Part shown: positions 47,121 through 56,374 of the stretch, one piece after another | Layout of the letters: each line of letters begins with the position of its first letter | Position numbering within the stretch: position 1 is the stretch's first letter | Assembly: GCA_041192345.1 (NCBI GenBank) | Contig: JBEEND010000001.1 | Span: 10,915-74,914 of the forward strand | Direction of reading: 5' to 3' | Source of the DNA: Actinomycetota bacterium | Lineage (GTDB): Bacteria; Actinomycetota; Actinomycetes; S36-B12; UBA5976 | DNA: 64,000 bases | Position numbers and translations under genes: made by a program | Notes under the pieces: generated by a model | The model's input: the letters and a program-made list of their open reading frames with translations, nothing else | Databases searched by the model: none | Told to the model about the DNA's origin: nothing

Positions 47121-47614
47121 AACTCGCTAGCAATTCGGCGAGCTAAATAAGGTGAGAATTCGCCAGCATACTTTTTGTGAAGTTCCGGCAATTGCCAGTC
47201 TTTGCCAGTCACAGTTCCACGACAAGATTTAGTGCTGCAGCCACAAGTGAATTCGTCATAGTCTGAGTCGTCGCAAGTTGCGTAATCAAAAGTTAATTCT
47301 TCGCCGACTGCAATGTCTCGGCGAGCTTTCAAAACTGTCGCGCCACTGAGGCTGCAACTTGGTTCGCAGGAATGGTTAAAACAATCACCTGGTTCACGGT
47401 GCTCTTGCGAGACTAGATACTGATCATCATCAACTTGAATGGCGCGATGTTGGCGCTCAATTTCTAAAGTTGCTAAGACTGAACGTGGTACTGACCAACC
47501 GCCAAAACTGCCAACGGTTTCGCCAGCACTTATTGGCTCGATAGCGAAACTTCCCCAGCCCTTTACTCCAGCGTCGTGAGCTTGCGCTTTGGGAGTCAAC
47601 CAGTTCATATCCAA
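47117..47614 (-). CDS. SET-domain protein (putative lysine methyltransferase) with a post-SET Cys cluster
   Basis: 165 aa. GWGSFA, CFNHSCEPSC, ELTFDY, C-terminal CGCSTKSCRG. Confidence 0.8.
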   Translation of the reverse strand: MDMNWLTPKAQAHDAGVKGWGSFAIEPISAGETVGSFGGWSVPRSVLATLEIERQHRAIQVDDDQYLVSQEHREPGDCFNHSCEPSCSLSGATVLKARRDIAVGEELTFDYATCDDSDYDEFTCGCSTKSCRGTVTGKDWQLPELHKKYAGEFSPYLARRIASEF

Positions 47615-47762
47615 TGAAGTACCCCTTATTCCGGTGTCCAGAGTCAGATCAAAAAACAGTTCAAATGCAGAACTGATGCTATCTGGAAATGTTGGCTAGG
47701 TACTAAATCCCAGATGAATTTTTGTCGCATCGATCATGCACCGCTTCCTCTAGGCTTAAGCC

Positions 47763-49031
47763 ATGATCGATTTAGCCGTTTTACGCCAAGACCCAGATGC
47801 TTTGAAGAAATCTCAGGCTGCCCGGGGCGAATCGGTTGAGCTAGTTGATCAGGTTATTGCGGCAGATATTGCTCGCCGCAGCGCAGTTGGAGAGTTTGAG
47901 GCGCTTCGCACTACGCAAAAGGCAATTGGCGCCCAGGTCGCCAAAGCCCAAGGCGAGGAAAAAACCGCGCTGCTAGCTGAAACAAAAACTTTGTCAGATC
48001 AGGTCAAGGCTGCGGAAAATTCGCTCCGCGAAATGGACGCTGCTCTGGATGCGCTAGTGCTTGGACTTTCTAACCTGGTTGATCCAGCGGCTCCGGTTGG
48101 CGGCGAAGATGATTTTGTTGTCATCAAAGAAGTTGGCACAAAGCGCGACTTTGCTTCGGAAGGTATTTCAGTTCGCGACCACGTTGAAATCGGCGAACTG
48201 CTTGGCGCAATAGATATAGAGCGTGGCGCAAAAGTTAGCGGTAGCCGGTTTTATTACTTGACTGGTCCGGGCGCAATGTTGGAGCTGGCATTAGTGCAGC
48301 TTGCAATGAACACTGCGCAAAAAAATGGATTCACACCGATGATCCCGCCAGCATTAGTAAAGCCTGCTGCAATGGAAGGCACGGGTTTTCTGGGTCAAGC
48401 TGCAGAAAACGTTTATCGATTAGAAGCCGATGATTTGTATTTAGTTGGTACCGCTGAAGTTCCGCTTGCCGCTTATCACATGGACGAAATTTTAGAAGGC
48501 GATCTACCTCGGCGCTACGCAGCATTCTCACCTTGCTTTAGACGAGAAGCTGGAAGTCACGGCAAGGATACGCGGGGAATTTTTCGCGTGCACTGGTTTG
48601 ACAAAGTTGAAATGTTTTCTTTTTGTCCAGTGGATGAAGCACTTGATGAACATGCGCGCTTACTTGGCTTTGAAGAAGAATTTTTACAGTTACTTGAAAT
48701 TCCATATCGTGTCATTGATGTCGCAACAGGAGATCTTGGTTCAAGTGCTGCGCGCAAGTTTGACTGCGAGGCTTGGGTGCCATCACAAGAGCGCTACCGC
48801 GAAGTAACTTCAACATCGAACTGCACAACTTTCCAAGCGCGCAGATTGAAGATTCGCTCACGTGGGGAAAATGGCGTGGAACCTATTGCAACTTTGAATG
48901 GCACACTTTGCGCGGTAACTCGCACGATAGTTGCGCTCTTTGAAAATCATCAAGAAGCTGATGGCTCAGTTCGAATACCAAAAGCGTTGCAGCCATATCT
49001 TGGTGGCGCTTCGCATTTTAAGATTAAGTAA
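47763..49031 (+). CDS. serS: seryl-tRNA synthetase
   Basis: 422 aa. [12 protein letters not shown], coiled-coil arm, class II motifs (FRREAGS..GKDTRG, TLNGT). Confidence 0.95.
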   Translation: MIDLAVLRQDPDALKKSQAARGESVELVDQVIAADIARRSAVGEFEALRTTQKAIGAQVAKAQGEEKTALLAETKTLSDQVKAAENSLREMDAALDALVLGLSNLVDPAAPVGGEDDFVVIKEVGTKRDFASEGISVRDHVEIGELLGAIDIERGAKVSGSRFYYLTGPGAMLELALVQLAMNTAQKNGFTPMIPPALVKPAAMEGTGFLGQAAENVYRLEADDLYLVGTAEVPLAAYHMDEILEGDLPRRYAAFSPCFRREAGSHGKDTRGIFRVHWFDKVEMFSFCPVDEALDEHARLLGFEEEFLQLLEIPYRVIDVATGDLGSSAARKFDCEAWVPSQERYREVTSTSNCTTFQARRLKIRSRGENGVEPIATLNGTLCAVTRTIVALFENHQEADGSVRIPKALQPYLGGASHFKIK

Positions 49032-49057
49032 GTTTTCACTTAGAAAAAAGTATTGAT

Positions 49058-49097
49058 AAAACTAAAGCCCCGCTGGTTTCAGCGGGGCTTTAGTTTT
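49058..49097. terminator. bidirectional rho-independent terminator between convergent serS and the trpB2-like gene
   Basis: AAA-ACTAAAGCCCCGCT-GGTTTC-AGCGGGGCTTTAGT-TTT. Confidence 0.75.
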
Positions 49098-49106
49098 AAT
49101 GCAGTT

Positions 49107-50492
49107 CTATACGCCAGCAACCTGTGGCAAGTTTGCCAACGCTGCAGCGAATCGCTCATCTGTGATTACCTCATCGCTCATGCGACCATTGAGGAATTCG
49201 TCATAGGCAGCAAGGTCGAAATGACCATGTCCACATAGCGCGGTCAAGATAACGGTTTCTTCGCCGGTCTCTTTTGCCTTTAGCGCTTCCTGAATTGCGA
49301 TTGCAATTGCATGGGTTGGCTCTGGCGCTGGAACGATTCCCTCGGTGCGAGCGAACTGCACAGCAGCACTGAAGCACTCTGTTTGACCAACAGCTTGCGC
49401 GTCCATCAAACCAAGTTCGTAGATGTGTGAAATCAACGGAGCCATACCGTGATAGCGCAATCCACCTGCGTGAATTGGATCTGGAATGAAGTCCTTACCA
49501 AGTGTGTGCATCTTCATAAGTGGAGTCATACCTGCAGTGTCACCAAAGTCGTAGGCATAAGTTCCACGAGTAAGTGAAGGACATGATTCTGGTTCAGCAG
49601 CCAAAATTCGTGGACTGATTTTTCCAGCCATCTTTTCGCGTAGGAATGGGAAAGCTAATCCACCGAAGTTGGAACCACCACCAGTGCAACCAACAATCAG
49701 TGTTGGTGTGTCGCCAGCTTTTGCCATCTGCAAGAGTGCTTCTTCGCCGATTATGGTCTGGTGCATAAGTACGTGATTCAAAACTGAACCAAGTGCGTAA
49801 CGAGTTCCAGGATCCTTAACCGCAACTTCTACAGCTTCTGAAATCGCGATACCAAGTGAGCCACTTAGGTTCTTTGGATCAGCAGCAAGCATCTTGCCAA
49901 CTTCAGTTAACTGCGATGGTGAGCGGTGAACCGTTCCACCAAATGCTTCAATCATTAATTTGCGAAATGGCTTTGCATCAAAGGAAGCGCCAACTTGGAA
50001 AACTTCACATTCCATGTCGTAAAGTGCGCAAGCAAATGCAAGTGCGGTACCCCATTGTCCAGCGCCAGTCTCTGTCACAAGTTTTTTAATGCCTTCTTGC
50101 GCGTTGTAGTAAGCCTGTGGCACAGCAGTGTTTGGCTTGTGTGAACCAGCTGGCGAGACACCTTCGTACTTGTAATAAATTCGAGCGGGAGTACCGAGTG
50201 CTTTTTCAAGTCGGTGCGCACGAAACAGCGGGCTCGGGCGCCATTGGCGGTACACATCTAATACGCCACCTGGAATATCGATGTAGCGCTCCTGACTAAC
50301 TTCCTGCATGATCAACGCCATTGGAAATAGTGGTGCGAAATCTTCTGGTCCAGCAGGTTGATGTGTGCCTGGGTGCAATGCTGGCGGCGGTGGCGCGGGC
50401 AGGTCGGGAACGATGTTGTACCACTGAGTGGGCATCTCATCTTCGGTCAAAGTGTATTTGTGAGTGCGAACTTCGTCGCTGATCTTGGCCAT
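49107..50492 (-). CDS. TrpB2-type tryptophan synthase beta-like PLP enzyme
   Basis: 461 aa. The long N-terminus with PTQWYN, the PLP-lysine context SPAGSHKPNTA, and GGGSNFGG are typical of the stand-alone TrpB2 clade. No trpA nearby. Confidence 0.85.
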   Translation of the reverse strand: MAKISDEVRTHKYTLTEDEMPTQWYNIVPDLPAPPPPALHPGTHQPAGPEDFAPLFPMALIMQEVSQERYIDIPGGVLDVYRQWRPSPLFRAHRLEKALGTPARIYYKYEGVSPAGSHKPNTAVPQAYYNAQEGIKKLVTETGAGQWGTALAFACALYDMECEVFQVGASFDAKPFRKLMIEAFGGTVHRSPSQLTEVGKMLAADPKNLSGSLGIAISEAVEVAVKDPGTRYALGSVLNHVLMHQTIIGEEALLQMAKAGDTPTLIVGCTGGGSNFGGLAFPFLREKMAGKISPRILAAEPESCPSLTRGTYAYDFGDTAGMTPLMKMHTLGKDFIPDPIHAGGLRYHGMAPLISHIYELGLMDAQAVGQTECFSAAVQFARTEGIVPAPEPTHAIAIAIQEALKAKETGEETVILTALCGHGHFDLAAYDEFLNGRMSDEVITDERFAAALANLPQVAGV

Positions 50493-50599
50493 GATGCTCC
50501 TTAGTGAAAAGCCCGTAGAATTAATACGGATAACTCAGAACTCTAGCGACTTTTTGACATTCATGACTAGGGCAAAAACCAGGGAATTAGGTAACAATT

Positions 50600-51412
50600 G
50601 TGACGCGGTTAGTGGCCAGCGATCTCGATGGGACTTTCCTGCAAACTGGGGGCACAGTTTCCCCTGAAAACGTGGCAGCAATCGCTCGGGCGCATGCAAA
50701 TGGGCTGGAAACCATTTTCGTAACGGGCCGCCCAACCAGATGGATGCGCCAAATTCCGGATATGACTGGACATGAAGGTTTAGCCCTAGTGTGTAACGGC
50801 GCCCTGTTAATGGACTTAAAAACCCAAGAAACTATCTATGCCGAGCTACTTTCCTCAGATTCTGGGCTTAAGGCTGCGGCGGCATTGCAAGCTCTAGATC
50901 CCGACATATCGTTCGCAGTCGAACTCGATCGACACGATGACTCATTTATGGTTGACGATAAATACCGTCCGCGCTGGGAAGTAAAACATAGTCCAGTGCC
51001 AACTGATGTGGAATCAATGTTTGGCACCGAAATTGTCGTTAAGTTGTTGGCGCGACCAAGTGATCGGATTCAACAAAATGCTGACGAATTCTTAATTGCT
51101 GCCCAGAATGCCCTGAATGGAATTGTTGATGTCACACATTCCAATTTCTTAGATCTCATGATTGAGATGAGTGCGATAGGCGTGAATAAAGGTACCGGGC
51201 TCGAAAAGTTTGCAAGAGATAACGCAATGACTGCGGCCGACGTTGCTGCAGTTGGCGATATGCCAAATGATTTACCAATGATTCAGTGGGCAGGACGCGG
51301 GGCAGCCGTTGATAACGCACATGAGTGGATAAAAGCTGCTGCTGATGAACATGTTCCTTCGAACGATGATCACGGTGTGGCAGTGTTTATAGATCGAATT
51401 ATTGCTAGTTAA
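50600..51412 (+). CDS. Cof-type HAD-IIB family hydrolase (sugar/phospho-metabolite phosphatase)
   Basis: 270 aa. SDLDGTFL motif I, VTGRP, GDMPNDLPM motif IV. GTG start. Confidence 0.8.
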   Translation: MTRLVASDLDGTFLQTGGTVSPENVAAIARAHANGLETIFVTGRPTRWMRQIPDMTGHEGLALVCNGALLMDLKTQETIYAELLSSDSGLKAAAALQALDPDISFAVELDRHDDSFMVDDKYRPRWEVKHSPVPTDVESMFGTEIVVKLLARPSDRIQQNADEFLIAAQNALNGIVDVTHSNFLDLMIEMSAIGVNKGTGLEKFARDNAMTAADVAAVGDMPNDLPMIQWAGRGAAVDNAHEWIKAAADEHVPSNDDHGVAVFIDRIIAS

Positions 51413-52331
51413 CGCGCTTGCGCAAGTTATCTAACCAATCCTGTGGCGCAACCTCTGAAGTAATAATCTCGGTAACAACTCCATCACCACTGGCATTGTC
51501 ATGGCGTGGATAAGAACCCAAGAACTTAACGTCAGCACAAATTTCGCGCAGCTTAATTAACACAGCGCCGAGATTCTCATCATCAATATGTCCAACACAA
51601 TCTAGTGAAAAGAAGTAGTCACCTAGTTGTTGTTTAGTAGGACGTGATTCCAAGCGGGAAAGATCAATGCCACTTACTGCAAACTCAGTCAAAATCTTAA
51701 GCAACGCACCAGGTTGGTTGCGATGTATAAATAATGACAAAGTTGTTTTGTCATTTCCAGTTGCAGGTTGCGCATGACCTGGCTTACTAACTAATACGAA
51801 CCTGGTCCAGGCGCTATCACTGTCGCCGATACTTTCCGCAAGAATTTCCAGTCCATAATGTTTAGCGGCAGCAACTGAGCAAATTGCTGCGTCATAGTTT
51901 GCGCCACTTGCCAATTCTTCAGCAGCAGCAGCAGTAGACATAGCTGGTAAAACATGAACGCCTGGAATGTTTTGCGCTAACCAATTCACGCATTGCGCAT
52001 GGGCATGAGGATGAGTTGCAATTCGAGATACATTTGAAATCTGCGTGCCCACTTTAGCCAACAGTGCAAAATCAACTGGGATCGCAATTTCATCAATAAT
52101 TTCTAACGGCTCGCCATGACCCAATTCATCCAGGGTTGTCGATACTGATCCCTCTACTGAGTTCTCGATCGGAACTAGAGCTGCAAATGCTTCGCCAGAT
52201 CGCACCAGGTTCAACGCATGCCGCACTGACTCCGCAGCAATTAACTGCGCCTGCGCAGCAATTGGCATCTGCAGGAGAGCAGCTTCGGTGAAGGTTCCCC
52301 TGGGTCCGAGGTAGACAAATGAATTTTTCAT
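51405..52331 (-). CDS. pheA: prephenate dehydratase (PDT + ACT domains)
   Basis: 308 aa. YLGPRGTFTEAA, TRF and ESRP motifs. Confidence 0.9.
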   Translation of the reverse strand: MKNSFVYLGPRGTFTEAALLQMPIAAQAQLIAAESVRHALNLVRSGEAFAALVPIENSVEGSVSTTLDELGHGEPLEIIDEIAIPVDFALLAKVGTQISNVSRIATHPHAHAQCVNWLAQNIPGVHVLPAMSTAAAAEELASGANYDAAICSVAAAKHYGLEILAESIGDSDSAWTRFVLVSKPGHAQPATGNDKTTLSLFIHRNQPGALLKILTEFAVSGIDLSRLESRPTKQQLGDYFFSLDCVGHIDDENLGAVLIKLREICADVKFLGSYPRHDNASGDGVVTEIITSEVAPQDWLDNLRKRVN

Positions 52332-52511
52332 AGAAATCCAAGATTACGCGCTTTTTATTGATTTCAATTTCACCAACAACCAAATGGTCAAGACCTCAAT
52401 TAAATAGGGGTTTCCAAGGATTAAGGTAAATACTCTTAACACAACCAGCAGGCAACTTAAGTTGGCGCGCCACGAGCATGAGATTGCCTGCAATTAAGTG
52501 AGAATTACTAA

Positions 52512-53747
52512 GTGGATTCAACAATTTATCGACGCTCTCAAAGCGGCGCAATTTCTGGAACTCCAGAATTGAATCCTCCACAAAAAGAGATTAACGCCGA
52601 GCCGGTCTTTTCAGTTTCTACTTTTCAAGCGGGCAACATAAGTGACACAAAATTGCAACCGATTTATGTTGACAGTCCACAATTTGATCAACCTGCAAAT
52701 TCAAAATCGGGAAATTGGTTTACTAATTTAAGATCTCCGTTTCCAGCAATCAAGTTGCCATGGCATAAATCACCAAAGATAAAATCAGCAAAGCGATTCC
52801 CACGTCCAGTTCGATACATCAGAAACATAGTTCTTGCGTACTTAGCGTTTTATGTTGTTCTTGGTTTTCATGCAGCAACTTCGCTAAACAAAATTCCTGC
52901 GGCAGCAAACGGCGCAATTGCCGACACTGCAGGTACAAACTGGCTTTTGGTTGGCTCTGATAGTCGCGAGGGATTAACTAAAGCTGAGCGAAAAGAACTT
53001 CGTACCGGAGCAGATGAAGGCACTCAGCGCACCGATACTTTGATGATTATTCATATCACTGATGAAGGAACGCCAACACTAGTTAGTTTGCCACGCGACT
53101 CATATGTGATCATTCCTGCTCACACTGCTCTTGATGGCATGCAAGTTACTGACAGACGAAATAAAATTAATACTGCCTATGGCAAGGGCGGCGCACCTTT
53201 ATTAGTTGAAACTGTCGAACGTAATACGGGCTTACGTATTGATCACTACATGGAAATTGGTTTCAAAGGAATCCGCGACATAACAAATGCTGTGGGTGGG
53301 GTAAACATGTGTGTCCCAGCCGATGTAATGGATGAAAATTCCGGACTAAATTTGCTAGCTGGTTGCCAAGAGCTAGATGGCCGTAATGCACTGGCGTATG
53401 TACGGATGCGCTACGCAGATCCAAGAGGCGATTTGGGTCGAGTAGAACGCCAACAACAATTTTTAAGTTCTGTGATGAAAAAAGCGGCAACGCCCGCGGT
53501 ATTACTTAATCCAGTAAGTATGTGGAAGTTAGTTGATGCAAGTACTGGTTCAGTCAATGTGGGCACAGGCGACTCAGTCCAAGATTTGGCAGACTTAGCA
53601 ATTGCGATGCGCTCTTTATCAAATGGCAAGGGAGCACTGCTCACGGTTCCGGTCACAACTGCAGATGCAACTACTGCTGCTGGATCATCCGTACTTTGGG
53701 ATGAGGTTGCTGCCCGAGAACTCTTTGTTTCTTTAGGCGCAAACTAA
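52512..53747 (+). CDS. LCP (LytR-CpsA-Psr) family cell-wall glycopolymer transferase
   Basis: 411 aa. N-terminal cytoplasmic tail and TM helix. WLLVGSDSRE...RTDTLMIIHI...SLPRDSYV...YVRMRY..P.GDLGRVERQQQF. The start is uncertain. Confidence 0.8.
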   Translation: MDSTIYRRSQSGAISGTPELNPPQKEINAEPVFSVSTFQAGNISDTKLQPIYVDSPQFDQPANSKSGNWFTNLRSPFPAIKLPWHKSPKIKSAKRFPRPVRYIRNIVLAYLAFYVVLGFHAATSLNKIPAAANGAIADTAGTNWLLVGSDSREGLTKAERKELRTGADEGTQRTDTLMIIHITDEGTPTLVSLPRDSYVIIPAHTALDGMQVTDRRNKINTAYGKGGAPLLVETVERNTGLRIDHYMEIGFKGIRDITNAVGGVNMCVPADVMDENSGLNLLAGCQELDGRNALAYVRMRYADPRGDLGRVERQQQFLSSVMKKAATPAVLLNPVSMWKLVDASTGSVNVGTGDSVQDLADLAIAMRSLSNGKGALLTVPVTTADATTAAGSSVLWDEVAARELFVSLGAN

Positions 53748-53843
53748 ACCAATAAATTCTTTCAGCGCGAAACGTTAGCAAAAACGCACTCAAATGGGGA
53801 CAAATCTCATAAGATTTTACGAGAGATCCCAATTAGGAGAATT

Positions 53844-56144
53844 ATGTCTGTAATTTCGCACGTCGCCTCCCAAGAAGTCGCGCTGACGGGAACCAACTAC
53901 ACAACAGTTGTCATCGTTGCTTTGATTGCATTAGCTGCGCTTGGCGTTGCTGCACTTTTAGTTCGCGAAGTTCTAGCAGCCGATGAAGGCACTGACAGTA
54001 TGAAAAAGATTGCCAAGGCGATCCAAGAGGGTGCATCTGCTTATCTGAATCGTCAGTTCCGCACTTTGGCCGTCTTTGGTGTCCTTGTTTTCTTCTTGCT
54101 GTTCCTGCTTCCAGCAGATACCCAAAGTGAGCGCATTGGCCGCTCGCTGTTCTTCCTAGTTGGCGCTGTGTTCTCTGGCATTACTGGCTACATGGGAATG
54201 TGGCTAGCGGTTCGTGGCAACGTTCGTGTTGCAGCTGCAGCTAATACCAGTGGTGAACAAGAAGCCATGAAGATTGCGTTTCGCACTGGCGGTGTTGCTG
54301 GCATGTTCACAGTTGGCCTTGGCTTATTTGGCGCAGCAGTTGTGGTTTTGGTTTACAAGGGTGACGCTCCAAAAGTTCTTGAAGGCTTTGGCTTCGGCGC
54401 TGCGCTACTTGCAATGTTCATGCGCGTCGGTGGAGGTATTTTTACCAAGGCTGCAGATGTTGGCGCTGACCTTGTTGGAAAAGTTGAACAAGGTATTCCA
54501 GAAGATGATCCTCGTAACGCCGCAACTATTGCAGACAACGTTGGCGACAACGTAGGTGACTGCGCGGGTATGGCTGCAGATTTATTTGAGTCCTATGCAG
54601 TGACATTGGTTGCCGCATTGATTCTTGGTAAAGCTGCATTTGGCGAGATCGGATTAGTCTTCCCGCTTGTTGTTCCAGCAATCGGTGTAGTTACCGCAGT
54701 AATCGGCATCTTTGCAGTGACACCTCGACCTAATGATCGTTCCGGAATGAGCGCAATTAATCGTGGCTTCTTCTTATCTGCAGTGATCAGCGCAGTTCTA
54801 GTTGCAGCCGCTGCCTACCAATTCCTGCCAGCAACTTTGGCTGAATTGACATCCGTTGCAGATCCAACTTTTGGTCTTGCTGATAGTACAAGTGTTAATC
54901 CGCGTTACATGGCAATCGGCGCAGTACTTATAGGTATTGTTCTGGCAGCTGCAATTCAGCAGTTAACTGGCTACTTCACAGAAACTAACCGCAAACCAGT
55001 TGATGACGTTTCAAAGTCATCGCTGACTGGACCTGCAACGGTAATCCTTGCCGGTATTTCACTCGGTATGGAATCTGCTGTGTACTCCGCACTATTAATT
55101 GGTACTGCTCTATACGGCGCGTACTTATTAGGTGGGGCCTCAGTAATTCTTGGTCTCTTTGCGATTGCACTAGCTGGCACCGGATTGCTGACAACTGTTG
55201 GCGTCATAGTTTCGATGGATACCTTCGGACCAGTTTCTGATAACGCTCAAGGTATTGCCGAAATGTCTGGCGATGTCCATGGCGAAGGCGCACAGGTGCT
55301 AACTAACCTTGACGCCGTTGGTAACACAACTAAAGCAATCACCAAGGGAATTGCAATTGCGACTGCGGTGTTTGCGGCAACTGCATTGTTCGGTGCATTC
55401 CGCGACGCGGTAACAATTGCGGCAGCAAGTTACACCGGACCTGATATGCAATACAAGGCGGTACTTGACATTGCCAACCCGGCAAATCTGTTTGGCTTAT
55501 TAATTGGCGCAGCAGTTGTATTCATGTTCAGTGGACTTGCAATCAACGCAGTTTCGCGCGCAGCAGGATCTGTGATCTTTGAAGTTCGTCGTCAGTTCCG
55601 CGAGAAGCCAGGCATTATGGCTGGAACTGAACTTCCGGATTACAGTCGCGTTGTTGACATCGTGACAAAGGATTCATTGCGCGAACTAGCAACTCCGGGT
55701 CTACTTGCAGTGCTTACCCCAATCGCAGTTGGTTTTGGTCTAGGTATTGGAGCCCTCGGTTCCTTCTTGGCCGGCACGATTGCAACTGGAACTTTGATGG
55801 CAGTGTTCCTATCCAACTCAGGTGGTGCTTGGGATAACGCTAAGAAGTTCGTAGAAGATGGCCACTTTGGTGGCAAGGGTTCGGATGCGCACGCGGCAAC
55901 CGTTATTGGCGATACTGTCGGTGATCCATTCAAGGACACTGCTGGTCCAGCCATCAACCCATTGCTTAAGGTTATGAACTTGGTCGCGTTGCTAATCGCT
56001 CCAGCTGTAGTGGCTATGAATTTGGAGGGTGACACTCTGACTCGAGTAGGCATTACTGTTGCGGCAACTTTGGTAATTGTTGTATCAGTAATCATTTCAA
56101 AGCGTCGTCCAATCACAGTTGGCGAGGAAGCACCAGTTTCCTAA
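53844..56144 (+). CDS. hppA: membrane-bound proton-translocating pyrophosphatase
   Basis: 766 aa. DNVGDNVGD, GGAWDNAKK and DTVGDPFKDT motifs. RBS AGGAGA. Confidence 0.95.
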   Translation: MSVISHVASQEVALTGTNYTTVVIVALIALAALGVAALLVREVLAADEGTDSMKKIAKAIQEGASAYLNRQFRTLAVFGVLVFFLLFLLPADTQSERIGRSLFFLVGAVFSGITGYMGMWLAVRGNVRVAAAANTSGEQEAMKIAFRTGGVAGMFTVGLGLFGAAVVVLVYKGDAPKVLEGFGFGAALLAMFMRVGGGIFTKAADVGADLVGKVEQGIPEDDPRNAATIADNVGDNVGDCAGMAADLFESYAVTLVAALILGKAAFGEIGLVFPLVVPAIGVVTAVIGIFAVTPRPNDRSGMSAINRGFFLSAVISAVLVAAAAYQFLPATLAELTSVADPTFGLADSTSVNPRYMAIGAVLIGIVLAAAIQQLTGYFTETNRKPVDDVSKSSLTGPATVILAGISLGMESAVYSALLIGTALYGAYLLGGASVILGLFAIALAGTGLLTTVGVIVSMDTFGPVSDNAQGIAEMSGDVHGEGAQVLTNLDAVGNTTKAITKGIAIATAVFAATALFGAFRDAVTIAAASYTGPDMQYKAVLDIANPANLFGLLIGAAVVFMFSGLAINAVSRAAGSVIFEVRRQFREKPGIMAGTELPDYSRVVDIVTKDSLRELATPGLLAVLTPIAVGFGLGIGALGSFLAGTIATGTLMAVFLSNSGGAWDNAKKFVEDGHFGGKGSDAHAATVIGDTVGDPFKDTAGPAINPLLKVMNLVALLIAPAVVAMNLEGDTLTRVGITVAATLVIVVSVIISKRRPITVGEEAPVS

Positions 56145-56168
56145 ATCTGGAATAACGCCAGATAAATC

Positions 56169-56206
56169 AAGTACACCCCAGCTAATTGCTGGGGTGTACT
56201 TATTTG
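56169..56206 (+). terminator. rho-independent terminator of hppA
   Basis: AAGTACACCCCAGC-TAATT-GCTGGGGTGTACTT followed by ATTTGT. Confidence 0.8.
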
Positions 56207-56331
56207 TCCGATTAACTCAATGTTTTAACGGATTAATGGGTAATCCACAGGCAGTTGCGACTCGCTGGCAAATGCCTTCAGTTTGACAATGCCCCCACTT
56301 CATAAGGCACACTCTCGGAGATAGCGCTTTT

Positions 56332-56349
56332 GACTCTATATATAGAGTC
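56332..56349. promoter_or_regulatory. perfect 18-bp palindrome with a TATATATA core, immediately upstream of topA
   Basis: GACTCTATATATAGAGTC ends 25 nt before the proposed TTG start of topA. Confidence 0.3.
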
Positions 56350-56374
56350 TTTGGCATTTGCCGAAGGGGACCTT

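Noticed and set aside
47615-47762. A possible T-box leader upstream of serS, given the nearby tRNA-Ser genes.
   Set aside because: There is no T-box consensus (no ...GGTGGTACCGCG-like element), no specifier-loop/terminator-antiterminator architecture, and the region is only about 148 nt.
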